DNA from: Eledone cirrhosa
Taxonomy: Eukaryota
Assembly: GCA_964016885.1 (NCBI GenBank)
Contig: OZ024752.1
Coordinates: forward strand, 36,952,001-37,016,000
Reading direction: 5' to 3'
DNA length: 64,000 bases
Shown here piece after piece: positions 1 through 11,883 of the stretch (the first letter of the stretch is position 1; every line of letters starts with the position of its first letter). Below the pieces are notes generated by a model. The model saw nothing but the letters and a program-made list of their open reading frames with translations. It was not told the DNA's origin and did not search any database. Made by a program: the position numbers and the translations under genes.

Positions 1-125
1 ATATATATGTATATATATATATATGTGTATATATATATGTATATATATATATATGTGTATATATATATGTATATATATATATGTATATTCAAGTCTATAT
101 ATATATATATATGTATATATATATG

Positions 126-157
<32 letters not shown>

Positions 158-171
158 TATACATATATATA
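1..171. repeat. (TA)n/(TATG) microsatellite; others at ~1714-2003, 2191-2235, 2328-2370, 21146-21224, 35543-35583
   Basis: Seen directly. Confidence 0.95.
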
Positions 172-365
172 AATAGGAGAAAGTCTGACACCGACGACAG
201 AACTCAAGCCGTTTCGACGGCTATTTCAGTTCAGAAATAGCCGTCGAAACGCCTTGAGCTTTGCCGTCTGGGTCATACTTTCTCCTATTACCCACTCTGC
301 TATCCTAAGTATTGAGTACTCTGGTGCGTTATGGTCCATCTGGTTCCTTACCATAACTCCTTCGT
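172..365 (+). mobile_element. ~190-bp palindrome-headed element in (TA)n; other copies 2003-2190 (+), 2371-2560 (-), partial ~38898-38952
   Basis: ~115-bp hairpin plus shared ~75-bp tail; every copy lies in or beside TA dinucleotide tracts. Confidence 0.75.
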
Positions 366-478
366 TATATATATATATATACATATATATATACACACAC
401 ACACATATCTATATATATACGTATCATCATCATCATTATCATCATTTTACGTCCGCTTTTCCCTGCTTGAAAGGGTGG

Positions 479-522
<44 letters not shown>

Positions 523-1904
523 ATATATATATATATATATATACATAATGTCAGGTCACCACTTGGTGCTACTGGTAACATGTATCCCAGTACAACCTGT
601 CTCATGGTCGGGTCGTTGGCGACTAAACTGGCAACCCCACCAAGGTTTCTTGGTGAGGAGGGTGACTTTGGACATCCTGCAGGACTAAAAACAAAACCTG
701 TCAAAGGGCAAAGGACCTCTTAAGAGTCAATGGCCATTCAAAATCACCGGGAGAGATGACCCCTTAGCCTTTGTCAAGGCAGAATTCTAGGAGAAGGAAA
801 ACTCTGATATAACACCTGCAACCCTGATGGTATCCAATGATGTTGACTTGTTCTTCTTTTTGGTAAATATCATCTTGGTTAAGAGAGTGGGACTGGCTTT
901 GTGCAGTGCTTTTGCTCACTATAAAAGCTTCACGGCACAGGCATTGCTTTATATCTGGAGATCTCTCTGCACTTGTCATCACATGGTACCATGGGCCCAG
1001 CACTGTGTGTCAGTAATTGTCACAGGTGTAGTGTTTGTACCAGAATTTTCAAGTCGCTGGCTGGACTAAAAAGTCACACTCGTTCAGCGCATTGGTAGGG
1101 GTTCTCCTACATGGATATAAAGTAGTGGCCGTACTCGAAAACAAGTTGGCAGCCACCATATATACATAAAAATAGACGGTAGCCATGGAGTAGGCAGACC
1201 CAGAAAAACCTAGCACGACTTGATAAATTCCGACCTCACACACTTACACCTCTCCAAGACAATGTCACTGGACCGAGATCTTTGGCGCTACACAGTAATT
1301 CAGAAGACCCGCCTTACCTAAGTACAAAGTGAAACCTACTACAGTCAGTAGGCACCTCTAACAAAATACACCCCCGTCCCACTACCCCCACCCCATCCAC
1401 ACCACCCTTTCAATGTAAAGTTATGTTGGTACCACAACATCCAGTCCGAAACAAATGAGGTCGTGTAGGTGTCACGACAAAAAAACACACAGTCAAACGC
1501 TGTAATGTGGCCGTGTAGGTAACATGGTAAAAACCTCCCAGTTCCACACTGTAAACGTGGTTGGTGTTAGGAAGGGCATCCAGCTGTAGAAAACCCGCCA
1601 GACAGTCCTATACGAGCAAGACAACCACTCTTGCCTCAAGTGGGAAAACTCCCGTCCAAACCCATGCAAGCGTGGAATATGGACGTTAAACGATGATGAT
1701 GATGATGATGATGATATATATATATGCATATATATGCATATATATATATACACATATATATACATATATACATATATGTATACATATATATATACATATA
1801 TATATACATATACATTATATATATACATATATATACACATATATATATACATATATATATATACATATATATATACATATATACATATATATAAATATAT
1901 ATAC

Positions 1905-1963
<59 letters not shown>

Positions 1964-2188
1964 CATATATATATGTCTATACATACATATATATATATAT
2001 ATATAGGAACGAGTAGGACCCCGACGGCTGAGCTCCAGCCGTTTCGACGGCTAATTCTGAATTAGCCGTCGAAACGGCTTGAGCTCAGCCGTCGGGGTCT
2101 TACTAGTTCCTATTACCCACTCTACTACCCCAAGTATTGAGTACTTTGGTGCGTTATGGGCCACCTGGTTCCTTCCCACATTTCCTTC

Positions 2189-2238
<50 letters not shown>

Positions 2239-2324
2239 CATAACATTACCATCATTACCATTTAACATCCATTTTCCACACTAGCATGGGTTAGATGTGT
2301 TGTCCCATTGTCAAGCAAGTCTTG

Positions 2325-2371
<47 letters not shown>

Positions 2372-2738
2372 CGAAGGAAATGTGGTAAGGAACCAGGTGG
2401 ACCATAACGCACCAAAGTACTCAATACTTGGGGTAGTAGAGTGGGTAATAGGAAGTAGTAAGACCCCGACGGCTGAGCTCAAGCCGTTACGACGGCTAAT
2501 TCAGAGAATTAGCCGTCGAAACGGCTTGAGCTCAGCCGTCGGGGTCTTACTGGTTCCTATATATATATATATATATATATTAAAATAACAGATTAAAGTT
2601 TAAGCAAAGAATCGCTGCTTTCACCCTTAACGGGATCTTCTGAAACTCTTTGCTCTATATATTTGATATATATTTATCCTTATCGAGCCCTCTTTGGATT
2701 TTAGTCTTCAAATTTATTATTATTACTATTATTATTAC

Positions 2739-2770
<32 letters not shown>

Positions 2771-2958
2771 GGGTGGTGAATTGGCAGTATCGGTAGAGCG
2801 TCAGACATGCTTTCCAGCGTAGTTACGTCCCTTTACGATCTGAGTTCAAATCCTGCCGAGGTTAACTTTGCCTTTTATCCTTACGGGGTTGATAAAATAA
2901 AGTACCAGTAATACACTGGGTAATTTGCTGGCCTTGTGCCTAAAGTAGAAACAATTAT

Positions 2959-3024
<66 letters not shown>

Positions 3025-3745
3025 CTGTGTGTATATATATATATATATATGTGTGTGTGTTGTTTACACATACACACACCAGCACACCCATACACACTTC
3101 AATACACACATGCACAGACATCTACACACACAAACAATAATTTCCTTTCCACACTTCCACACATGAAATATCACAAGATTCCTGAACAGTGGCCATGTTG
3201 AGAACTAATGTATTGTTCAATAAATCAATAGAATTTTTTAATAGATTTTCTGGTATGTGGCTCTTGAACATGAAATTGTAGCATTATATTTGAGAACATG
3301 GTGGTGGATTGGCAGTATCAGTAGAGAGTCGGACGCCATGCTTTCCAGCATAGTTACGTCCCTTTACGGTCTGAGTTCAAATCCCGCCGAGGTTAACTTT
3401 GCCTTTCATCCTTACGGGGTCGATAAAATAAAGTACCAGTAATGTACTGGGTAATTGCTGGCCTTGTGCCAAAAGTAGAAACAATTATATTTGAGAATAT
3501 GGCTGGTGAATTGGCAGTATCGGTGGAGGGTCAGACGCCATGCTTTCTAGCATAGTTATGTCCCTTTATGATCTGAGTTCAAATCCCGCCGAGGTTAACT
3601 TTGCCTTTCATCCTTATGGGGTCGATAAAATAAAGTACCAGTAATACACTGGGGTAATTGCTGGCCTTGTGTCAAAAGTAGAAACAATTATATTTGAGAA
3701 CAAACTATACAAGCACACCCACACACACACACACACACACACACT

Positions 3746-3757
3746 ATCATCATCATT

Positions 3758-3797
<40 letters not shown>

Positions 3798-4434
3798 CCA
3801 CCACCATCACCATCATCACCATCATCATCTTCACCACCAACATCATCACCATCTCTATCACCACCACCACCACCACCACCGCCGCCATCACCACCATCAC
3901 CACCACCATCATCATCACCACCACCACCATCACCATCATCACCATCATCATCTTCACCACCACCATCATCACCACCATCACCATCATCATCACCACCATC
4001 ACCACCACCATCATCATCACCACCACCACCATCAGCATCATCATCACCACCATCAGCATCATCATCACCACCATCACCATCATCATCACCACCATCACCA
4101 CCACCATCATCATCACCACCACCACCATCAGCATCATCATCACCACCATCACCATCATCATCATCACCATCACCACCATCCCATCACCACGATCATCACC
4201 ATCACCACCATCACCACCATCACCACCACCATCACCATCACCACCATCACCACCATCACCGCCATCACCACCACCATCACCACCACCATCATCACCATCA
4301 CCACCATCACCACCACCATCATCACCATCATCACCACCATCATCACCACCACCACCATCATCACCATCATCACGATCATCACCATCATCATCACCACCAT
4401 CATCACCATCACCATCACCATCACCACCATCATC
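3746..4434. repeat. ~690-bp (CAT/CAC)n trinucleotide tract
   Basis: Seen directly; abuts the end of a (GAT)n-tailed element on the minus strand. Confidence 0.95.
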
Positions 4435-4666
4435 TGACATCGCTTTTCCATGCTAGCATGGGTTAGAGGAGTTGTCCCATGATATAGTAGCGTGGTTAAT
4501 AAGAAGCATTGTGAGATATATAGCAAATGTCCGATAAGTTTTTTAAAATGTGGTAGAAAATATGTAGGGCAAATGATGGTAAATGAAAGAAAACAAAGTA
4601 AAGTAAAGTAATGTTTTACCCAGTGTATTATGTCATGATATTTCAGGGTTATAACCCTCTTTTCAG

Positions 4667-4732
4667 AGTTGAAACCAATAACGATGAAACAAGAAAATGA
4701 TATATATAAAACCATTGACAATGGAATCACAC
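4667..4732 (+). CDS. Tentative aGPCR exon (LKPITMKQENDIYKTIDNGIT)
   Basis: tttcag acceptor, gtatgt donor, open frame, phase 1-1 compatible with the next tentative exon. Confidence 0.5.
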
Positions 4733-5248
4733 GTATGTATTAATACATTTACATCATTCTAAAAGAGAGAGCTCCCAACGTAGTAGAACATCAAACCCTT
4801 CATGGAAATCCTCATCGCCACCCATGGATGTACAAAAATAAATAAATAAATAATAAAATAAGTACATCATCATCATAGGTTGACCAAGATACTCTCATGG
4901 AATGACCAAATGAGGTTTTAATTTTCAACATAGTCCTTGGAAAGAAACAATGCAGTTATTAATAAGAAGAGTTGAAATTAATGCATGCAAGATTTCACAG
5001 CTCTAGCATTACTCTTTCATAGTCAGCTGACCCTTGTACTCTGTTGCAAGCACCTGGGCTAGTCTCTAGGTTAAGGATACCTTTTGCCCTCTCTCTAACC
5101 AGTTTTGGAAAGTTTGTAAAGGATCATAAGCACTGCCCTACTCCCATGATTAAGTTATTAAAAAAATGCAAAATTCCATACATAAACTAAATCCCAATTT
5201 ACTTCTAATTATTTTCCTTGTCATTAATTTTAATTTTTTTAATTTTAG

Positions 5249-5265
5249 ATTTTCCTATTATAAAT
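5249..5265 (+). CDS. Tentative 17-nt aGPCR microexon (HFPIIN)
   Basis: T-rich tract + ttttag acceptor, gtaagt donor; phase 1-0 bridges 4732 to 6406. Confidence 0.45.
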
Positions 5266-6405
5266 GTAAGTTTTAGCTGATTTCTCTTTTTTTAAAAATG
5301 TTCTGTCTCTGTTAAAATTTCATTATTTTAGCTGTGGGCTAAATGGGTGGTGGATTGGCATATCTGTAGAAGGTCAGATGCCATGCTTTGTAGCACAGTT
5401 ACATCCCTTTACGGATTGAGTTCAAATCCTGCCGCGGTTAACTTTCGGGGTTGATAAAATAAAGTACCAGTAATGTACTGAGTAATTGCTGGCCTTTTGC
5501 CAAAGGTAGAAATAATTATTTTAGCTGTGAGCGGTGGATTGGCAGTATCGGTAGAGGGTTGGACACTATGCTTTGTAGCATAGAGTTGCGGCCCATTACT
5601 GTTTGAGTTCAAATTCCGTCAATATATATATTTTCAAAATTGAAATTTCCAATATTTTATAAGTCAATAGGATAAAATAATACTGCTACCATGGTATAAT
5701 TCACCCAGTACACCCTGTGAAGTGGTAGTGCTGGTACCATAACAAAATTCACCCAGTATACCCTATGAAGGGGCAGTGCTGGTGCCATGATAAAATGGAC
5801 CCTGTACAGCCTGTGAAGTGGTTGTGCTGGTGCCATGGTAAAATATACCCAGTACACCCTGTGAAGAGGTTGTGCTGGTGCCATGATAAAATTCACCCAG
5901 TACACCCTGTGAAGTGGTAGTATTGGTACTATAATAAAATGCACCCAGTACATGGAAGATCTATAAATTGACATCTGTACATTCTGAAATGATTAATTTT
6001 AATTAAACATAAATTCATACATACACATTTAATTCATTATAAAGTAACATGTTATTTGATGGTGGATGGTGGATTTTGGAATAAGTTGAAGACAACAAAG
6101 ATAATAGAGTCTCACCTGTTATTTTATTTATCTGTCCTAATATTTTGGGTCTAAAAAGCCTTTATCAGAAGAGTATAATAAGAAACTGATTTGGAGTTTG
6201 TGCTTTTGTATCATAGGCTTGCCACTTTACTTTGTCCACTTATTCCTGAGATGGTCAGGGAGACAAAGTCCTCAAACACACCTTCACCTTTTTGAAATTA
6301 TACAATTTTTGAAATTATGTAATTTACTTGACTAAATTAAAAAAATATGGTGTTTTGTCATTATTAATTTATTTTGTTGAACATAGTTTTTTGTTTTATT
6401 CTTAG

Positions 6406-6510
6406 ACCAGTCAGGTGGCGAATCTAAACGAAGAACATAATATACCAAATTTATTCGATAGGATTAAAAATATAAGTGGTAAAGCCATGGAAAAGAAGAA
6501 TAAATTAGAG
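6406..6510 (+). CDS. aGPCR exon (TSQVANLNEEHNIPNLFDRIKNISGKAMEKKNKLE)
   Basis: cttag/gtgggt, 105 nt open, phase 0-0. Confidence 0.7.
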
Positions 6511-7038
6511 GTGGGTATATTTATTTTACTCTTTTGAAGTCAAGCCACCTGATTATATTGCTGGTTCTAGTTTTAAAATTTTCTTAACTAATTTACATCC
6601 TTCCTTTGTAATTTCATATCAGAAACATTAATTATATTGTATTTCAAAAACTGTCTTAACCCTTTAGCATTCACATTACTCTACAGTTACTATTATATTT
6701 TCATGGTAAAGGCTTTAATTATCTCACATAGTATCAAATCTATGAGATTTTGATATTATTTATTTTGAAAACCATACCTTAACATCAGTATGAGCAGTCA
6801 GATACAGCCAGTTTAACAGAAAGAGGTGAGAGAATTCTGGCCGGATATTTAAATGTTAAAGGGTCAAATATCCCATGTAAAATGTAAAACCAGTGTTTCA
6901 TAATTAATTGTACTGGAACAATTGTACTGGAACAAGTTAATAATTCTTTAAAATCTTTATCATTTATTTTAATGACAATCTTCATGTTTTTTAAAAATTA
7001 TTATGTAGTTTAAAAAAAAAATTTTATTTCCCCTCTAG

Positions 7039-7110
7039 ATTCTCACAAACATAGTAAACAATTTAACAAATGTGGATTTAGTCAATGAGTGGAAAATACT
7101 GGCAGAAACG
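7039..7110 (+). CDS. aGPCR exon, GAIN helical subdomain (ILTNIVNNLTNVDLVNEWKILAET)
   Basis: ctctag/gtaatc, phase 0-0; resembles the V-x-N-L...W helix of GAIN domains. Confidence 0.85.
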
Positions 7111-9083
7111 GTAATCTTCTTTTGTAATTTGTTGTTCTCTATATTTTTATAACATTGTAATTTATATAGCTTCTTTGGTTGCTGCTTATTGGTTTGATAT
7201 TAGGCCCCTTCTAACCAAATATCCATCCCAATCCACTACCCCTACTCCATCCTCTTACTCACACCAACACCACCCTTTCTCTGTAAAGTTATGTTGGTAC
7301 CACAACATCCAGTCCAAACTAAAGAGGTTGTATAGGTGTCACAACAACAAAAAAAACACAGTCCTCACTGTAATGTAGGAAACATGGTAAAAAGGTTCCC
7401 AGTCCACACTATAAATGTGGTTGGTGTTAGGAAGTGCATCCAGCTGCAGAAAACCTGCCAGATACAGTCCTATACATGTGAGACATGGTCACCCGATCAA
7501 TCTTGCCTCAAGTGGGACATCATCATCATCATCACTGTTTTACGTCCGTTCTTCCACGCTAGCATGGGTTAGATGGGTTGTCCTGTTGTGGGCAGTGTCC
7601 AGTCGGCTGACCATGCCTTGCTCATATGGCAACTGATTCTGGCTTGATTTCTACAGCTGGATGCCCTTCCTAACACAAACCTCATTTACAATGAGTGCTG
7701 GGTGCTTTTTTTTCCGTGGCTCCTACACGTCCACTTTACAGTGTGGGCTGGGTGCTTTTTTGCCGTGGCACCTCCACGACCACTTTGCAGTGGGAGGGTG
7801 TGGGGGCATATTGTCTATATGCTTCAGCTTCGGCTTGTACCCGTGGGGGGGGGGGGGGGGGTCTTCTGTATCACTGCGTGATGCCAGAGGTCAGTTCCCA
7901 TCTAACCCATGCTAGTGTAGAAGATAGACATCAAATGATGATGATGATGATTTAAATCCCAGAGAAAACAACATTTCCAACAACATCATCATCATTTAAC
8001 ATCTATTTTCCATGCTAGCTTAGGTTAGATGGGTTTGTCCATTAGAGGTAAGTTGGGTTGGGTGACAATGTTTCATTCATATAGGACTGTTTCTGGCTGA
8101 GGGGATCAAAAAGTGAAATTTTTTAATGTGCATACCACTCCCTGAAACATAAGTAATACACATGTAGAGTTTGAAAAACATCGGTTGGGTACTTCTCGAG
8201 TTTTAGGGTTTCAAACTCACAGACACACACACACACAGACATCCTCAGTTTTATATATATAGATTACAATCATTTGCTCTGTCTATAGTTGTTCTCTCCA
8301 TTAACTTACAAAGTACCTCACCAGAATCTGGGAAATATGAGCTTCGATTCTTCATAGCAGCTGATATTTTCCTATTTTTTTAAAACTTTTGTTTCCTTTT
8401 CTTTTTTTATTATTGTTGTTATTATTGGATTGGCAGTATTGGTAGAGAGTTGGACACCATGCTTTGACGCATAGAGTTACGGCCCTTGCCATTCTGAGTT
8501 CAAATCCCACTGAGGTTAACTTTGCCTTTCATCCTTACGGGGTCGATAAAATAAAGTACCAGTAATGCACTGGGTAATTGCTGGCCTTGTGCCAAAAGTA
8601 GAAACAATTATATATATATTATTGCATTTTTGCAGTAAAGGATTTACCTCTCATAATTAATTCACATAATATTGAAGCTATGAGATTTTGATGTTATTTA
8701 TTTTTAGAACAATATCTTAACATCTGTATGAGAGGCCAGTTATGGCCAGTTTGAACAGAAAGAAGTGAGGGAATTCTGGCTGGTTTAAATACTAAAGAGT
8801 TAAGAAAGAGATAAAGATATTATTATGTTTATTATCTGTTAATCTTCAGCAACTATTAATATTTATTAGGGCGGTGGATTGGCAGTATCAGTAGAGGGTC
8901 GGACATGCTTTCCAGCATAGTTACGTCCCTTTACGATCTGAGTTCAAATCCTGCCGAGGTTAACTTTGCCTTTCATCCTTACGGGGTCGATAAAATAAAG
9001 TACCAGTAATGTACTGGATAATTACTGGCCTTGTGCCAAAAGTAGAAATAATTAATATTTATATTAATATTTACTTCTTGTAG

Positions 9084-9192
9084 AAGAATGTCACTCCAAC
9101 AGAGATAATGCCTGTTGTTGATAAATTCCTGAAGAATATTGCTGACACAACAAATTCTTCTGAAAAAATTACCATTCAGAAAGAAAATATAG
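9084..9192 (+). CDS. aGPCR exon, GAIN (KNVTPTEIMPVVDKFLKNIADTTNSSEKITIQKENI)
   Basis: ttgtag/gtaaga, phase 0-1. Confidence 0.85.
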
Positions 9193-9854
9193 GTAAGAAA
9201 GACATCTTTTTTTTCCTCTCCTTTTTACCCCCTATTTTAGATTAACTGCTGCTTCTTGTTGTTGTTGTTTTTCTTCTTTGTCTTCGTCTTCTTCTTTCTT
9301 CTTCTTCTTTTTCTTCTTTTTTCTTCTCCACCTCCTCCTCTTCCTGAGGTCGGCTGAAAAGTTCACATGGTGACCAAGATACTCTCTTAGGATGACCAAA
9401 TGAGGTTTATTTTTCAACATATTCTCCTGGAAAGAAACAATGTAGTTATTAATAAGAAAAAGTTGAAATTAATGCATGCAAGATTTCACAGTTCTAGCAT
9501 CACTCCTTCATAGTCAGCCTATGAAACAGTACATTAGCAATTCACTGGAAATGACGTTACTTTTAATAATTGCTTCTACTTTTGGCACAAGGCCAACAAT
9601 CACCCCAGTGCATTACTGGTACTTTATTTTATCGACCCCGGAAGGATGAAAGGCAAAGCTAACCTTGGCGGGATTTGAACTCAGGATGTAAAGGGTAATA
9701 ACTCTATTCTGCAAAGCATGGTGCCTGACGCTCAACCGATACTGCTAATCCACTGCCCTTTCAATAATAACCTTTCATCGGTTACCTCTTGCCATGTCCT
9801 CATCAACAAGGTTCTCCCCAACAAAACTAAACCTTCTAATTTCTTACTTTACAG

Positions 9855-9959
9855 CTATCCAATTTGATGAAATAAAGAATAGCCCCATATCGGTAAAGCT
9901 GGAATCTGTTGATACTGTCACAGTTCATATTGCAGATCCATTAACTAACAAATCTTCAG
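9855..9959 (+). CDS. aGPCR exon, GAIN (AIQFDEIKNSPISVKLESVDTVTVHIADPLTNKSS)
   Basis: ttacag/gtaaag, phase 1-1. Confidence 0.85.
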
Positions 9960-10410
9960 GTAAAGATTACTTTTATCTTTGTATCCATAATTAACCATTG
10001 ATTCTTTACATTACTTTATATTTACTATTGTATTTTGACAGTAAAGTCTTTATCTCACATAATTGTCTCACATAATATCGAATCTGAGATTTTGATAGTA
10101 TTTATTTTGAGAATAATACCTCAACATAAGTATGAGCAGCCAGCTACAGGCAGTTTGAACAGAAAGAGGTGAGAGAATTCTGGTGGGATATGGCCAGTTT
10201 AAATGCTAAAGGGTTAAGACAACCATGTCTATTGAAGGTCAAGGGTCATCGTCATTGTCATCGTCATGACGATGTTGGTGGTGGTGGAAGCAGTAGTAGT
10301 AGCAATAGCAGCAGCAGTAGTAGCAACAGTAGCAGCAGTAGTACCTAAAGGGGTACCTAAAGAAGGGGATGAGTTGATTGACAGACAGACAGATTGATGG
10401 ATGGATTGTG

Positions 10411-10709
10411 TATTTTCTCATCTCCAGATAACAAATGTTCTATAGTATTGTATACTATATTTTCTCATCTCCAGATAACAAATGTTCTATAGTATTGTAT
10501 ACTATATTTTCTCATCTCCAGATAACAAATGTTCTATAGTATTGTATACTATATTTTCTCATCTCCAGATAACAAATGTTCTATAGTATTGTATACTATA
10601 TTTTCTCATCTCCAGATAACAAATGTTCTATAGTATTGTATACTATATTTTCTCATCTCCAGATAACAAATGTTCTATAGTATTGTCTACTATATTTTCT
10701 CATTTCCAG
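10411..10709 (+). repeat. 47-bp minisatellite, ~6.4 copies, derived from the adjacent splice acceptor
   Basis: AG ending at 10427, 10474, 10521, 10568, 10615, 10662 and 10709. Confidence 0.95.
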
Positions 10710-10785
10710 ATAACCGAAATATGTTCTATAGTTTTGTCTACTATAAATCCTTAAGATATATCATCGAAAACACTGACACTAACAG
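10710..10785 (+). CDS. aGPCR exon, GAIN (DNRNMFYSFVYYKSLRYIIENTDTN)
   Basis: ttccag/gtgaga, phase 1-2; Y-x-x-L GAIN strand-helix motif. Confidence 0.85.
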
Positions 10786-10873
10786 GTGAGACCACTTCAC
10801 ATATTTCTCATTTTATTTCTTGGTATAATACAACTATTTCGTACAAACCTTGGTACAAACTAACTATTGTACT

Positions 10874-11215
10874 GTAGGGAAGGTTTAGTGTAGCAAGACT
10901 GCCTCTTTACTATAGCCCAGGGAGAGTTAAGTGTTGTAAGACTATCTCTTTATTATATCCCAGGGAGAATTTAGTGTTCTAAGACTATATCTTTACTATA
11001 TCCCAGGGAGAGTTAAGTGTAGCAAGACTGTCTCTTTATTATAGCCCAGGGAGAGTTAAGTGTTGTAAGACTATCTCTTTATTATATCCCAGGGAGAATT
11101 TAGTGTTCTAAGATATATCTTTACTATATCCCAGGGAGAGTTAAGTGTTGTAAGGCTGTCCCTTTGAGATACTGTAGGGAGGGTTTAGTTAATAAGACTG
11201 TCTTTGATATACTGT
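10874..11215. repeat. ~41-43-bp imperfect minisatellite (agggagagttaagtgttgtaagactatctctttattatatccc)
   Basis: About 8 copies seen. Confidence 0.85.
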
Positions 11216-11327
11216 TAGAAATTGCTCCTAGTCCGAGTGGTGCCCATGGTATGTCATACTTGCCAAATTTTCTTATATAAAATTATGTTGGAAGGTTTTA
11301 ATTTAAGTAGGAAATCATTAAAATGAG

Positions 11328-11632
11328 TGGTTTGGTGTTATAAAACCAGAGACGGTTTGGTTTTATAGTTCCAGAGACGGTTTGGTTTTATAGTTCCAGA
11401 GACGGTTTGGTTTTATAGTTCCAGAGACGGTTTGGTTTTATAGTTCCAGAGACGGTTTGGTTTTATAAAACCAGAGACGGTTTGGTTTTATAAAACCAGA
11501 GACAGTTTGGTTTTATAAAACCAGAGACAGTTTGGTTTTACAGAACCAGAGACAGTTTGGTTTTACAGAACCAAAGACAGTTTGATTTTACAGAACCAGA
11601 GACGGTTTGGTTTTATAGTTCCAGAGACAGTT
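11328..11632. repeat. 25-bp minisatellite (ccagagacggtttggttttatagtt), ~12 copies
   Basis: Seen directly. Confidence 0.9.
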
Positions 11633-11777
11633 TGAGCCAGATTGGTATGAAATGTCTTAATGTATATTGATGAAAATACAAATTCATAACAGTTCTTTCC
11701 TTTTTTCTTTGCAGAATAAACTTATTTTTTTAGGAAATCTTATGATAAATAAAATATTGAATATTTATCTGTTTTAG

Positions 11778-11883
11778 GAATCATGAAAGTGGAAATCTTC
11801 TATCAAATATTATAAGTTTCACACTTTACAAAAAAGGAATAGAAAACTCCATAGAGAATATTACTTTTCGATTGAATCATACT
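11778..11883 (+). CDS. aGPCR exon, GAIN (RNHESGNLLSNIISFTLYKKGIENSIENITFRLNHT)
   Basis: ttttag/gtaagt, phase 2-0; S-x-IIS and ITF-x-L-x-H GAIN motifs. Confidence 0.9.

Noticed and set aside
3245-3252. Possible 8-nt microexon (atag ATTTTCTG gtatgt)
   Set aside because: Phase-compatible with 4667 but too short to support without transcripts.
3669-4466. Long poly-Pro/Ser/His, poly-Gly/Asp and poly-Met/Val ORFs
   Set aside because: Translations of a stop-free (CAT/CAC)n microsatellite open in several frames; no splice-phase link to the gene.
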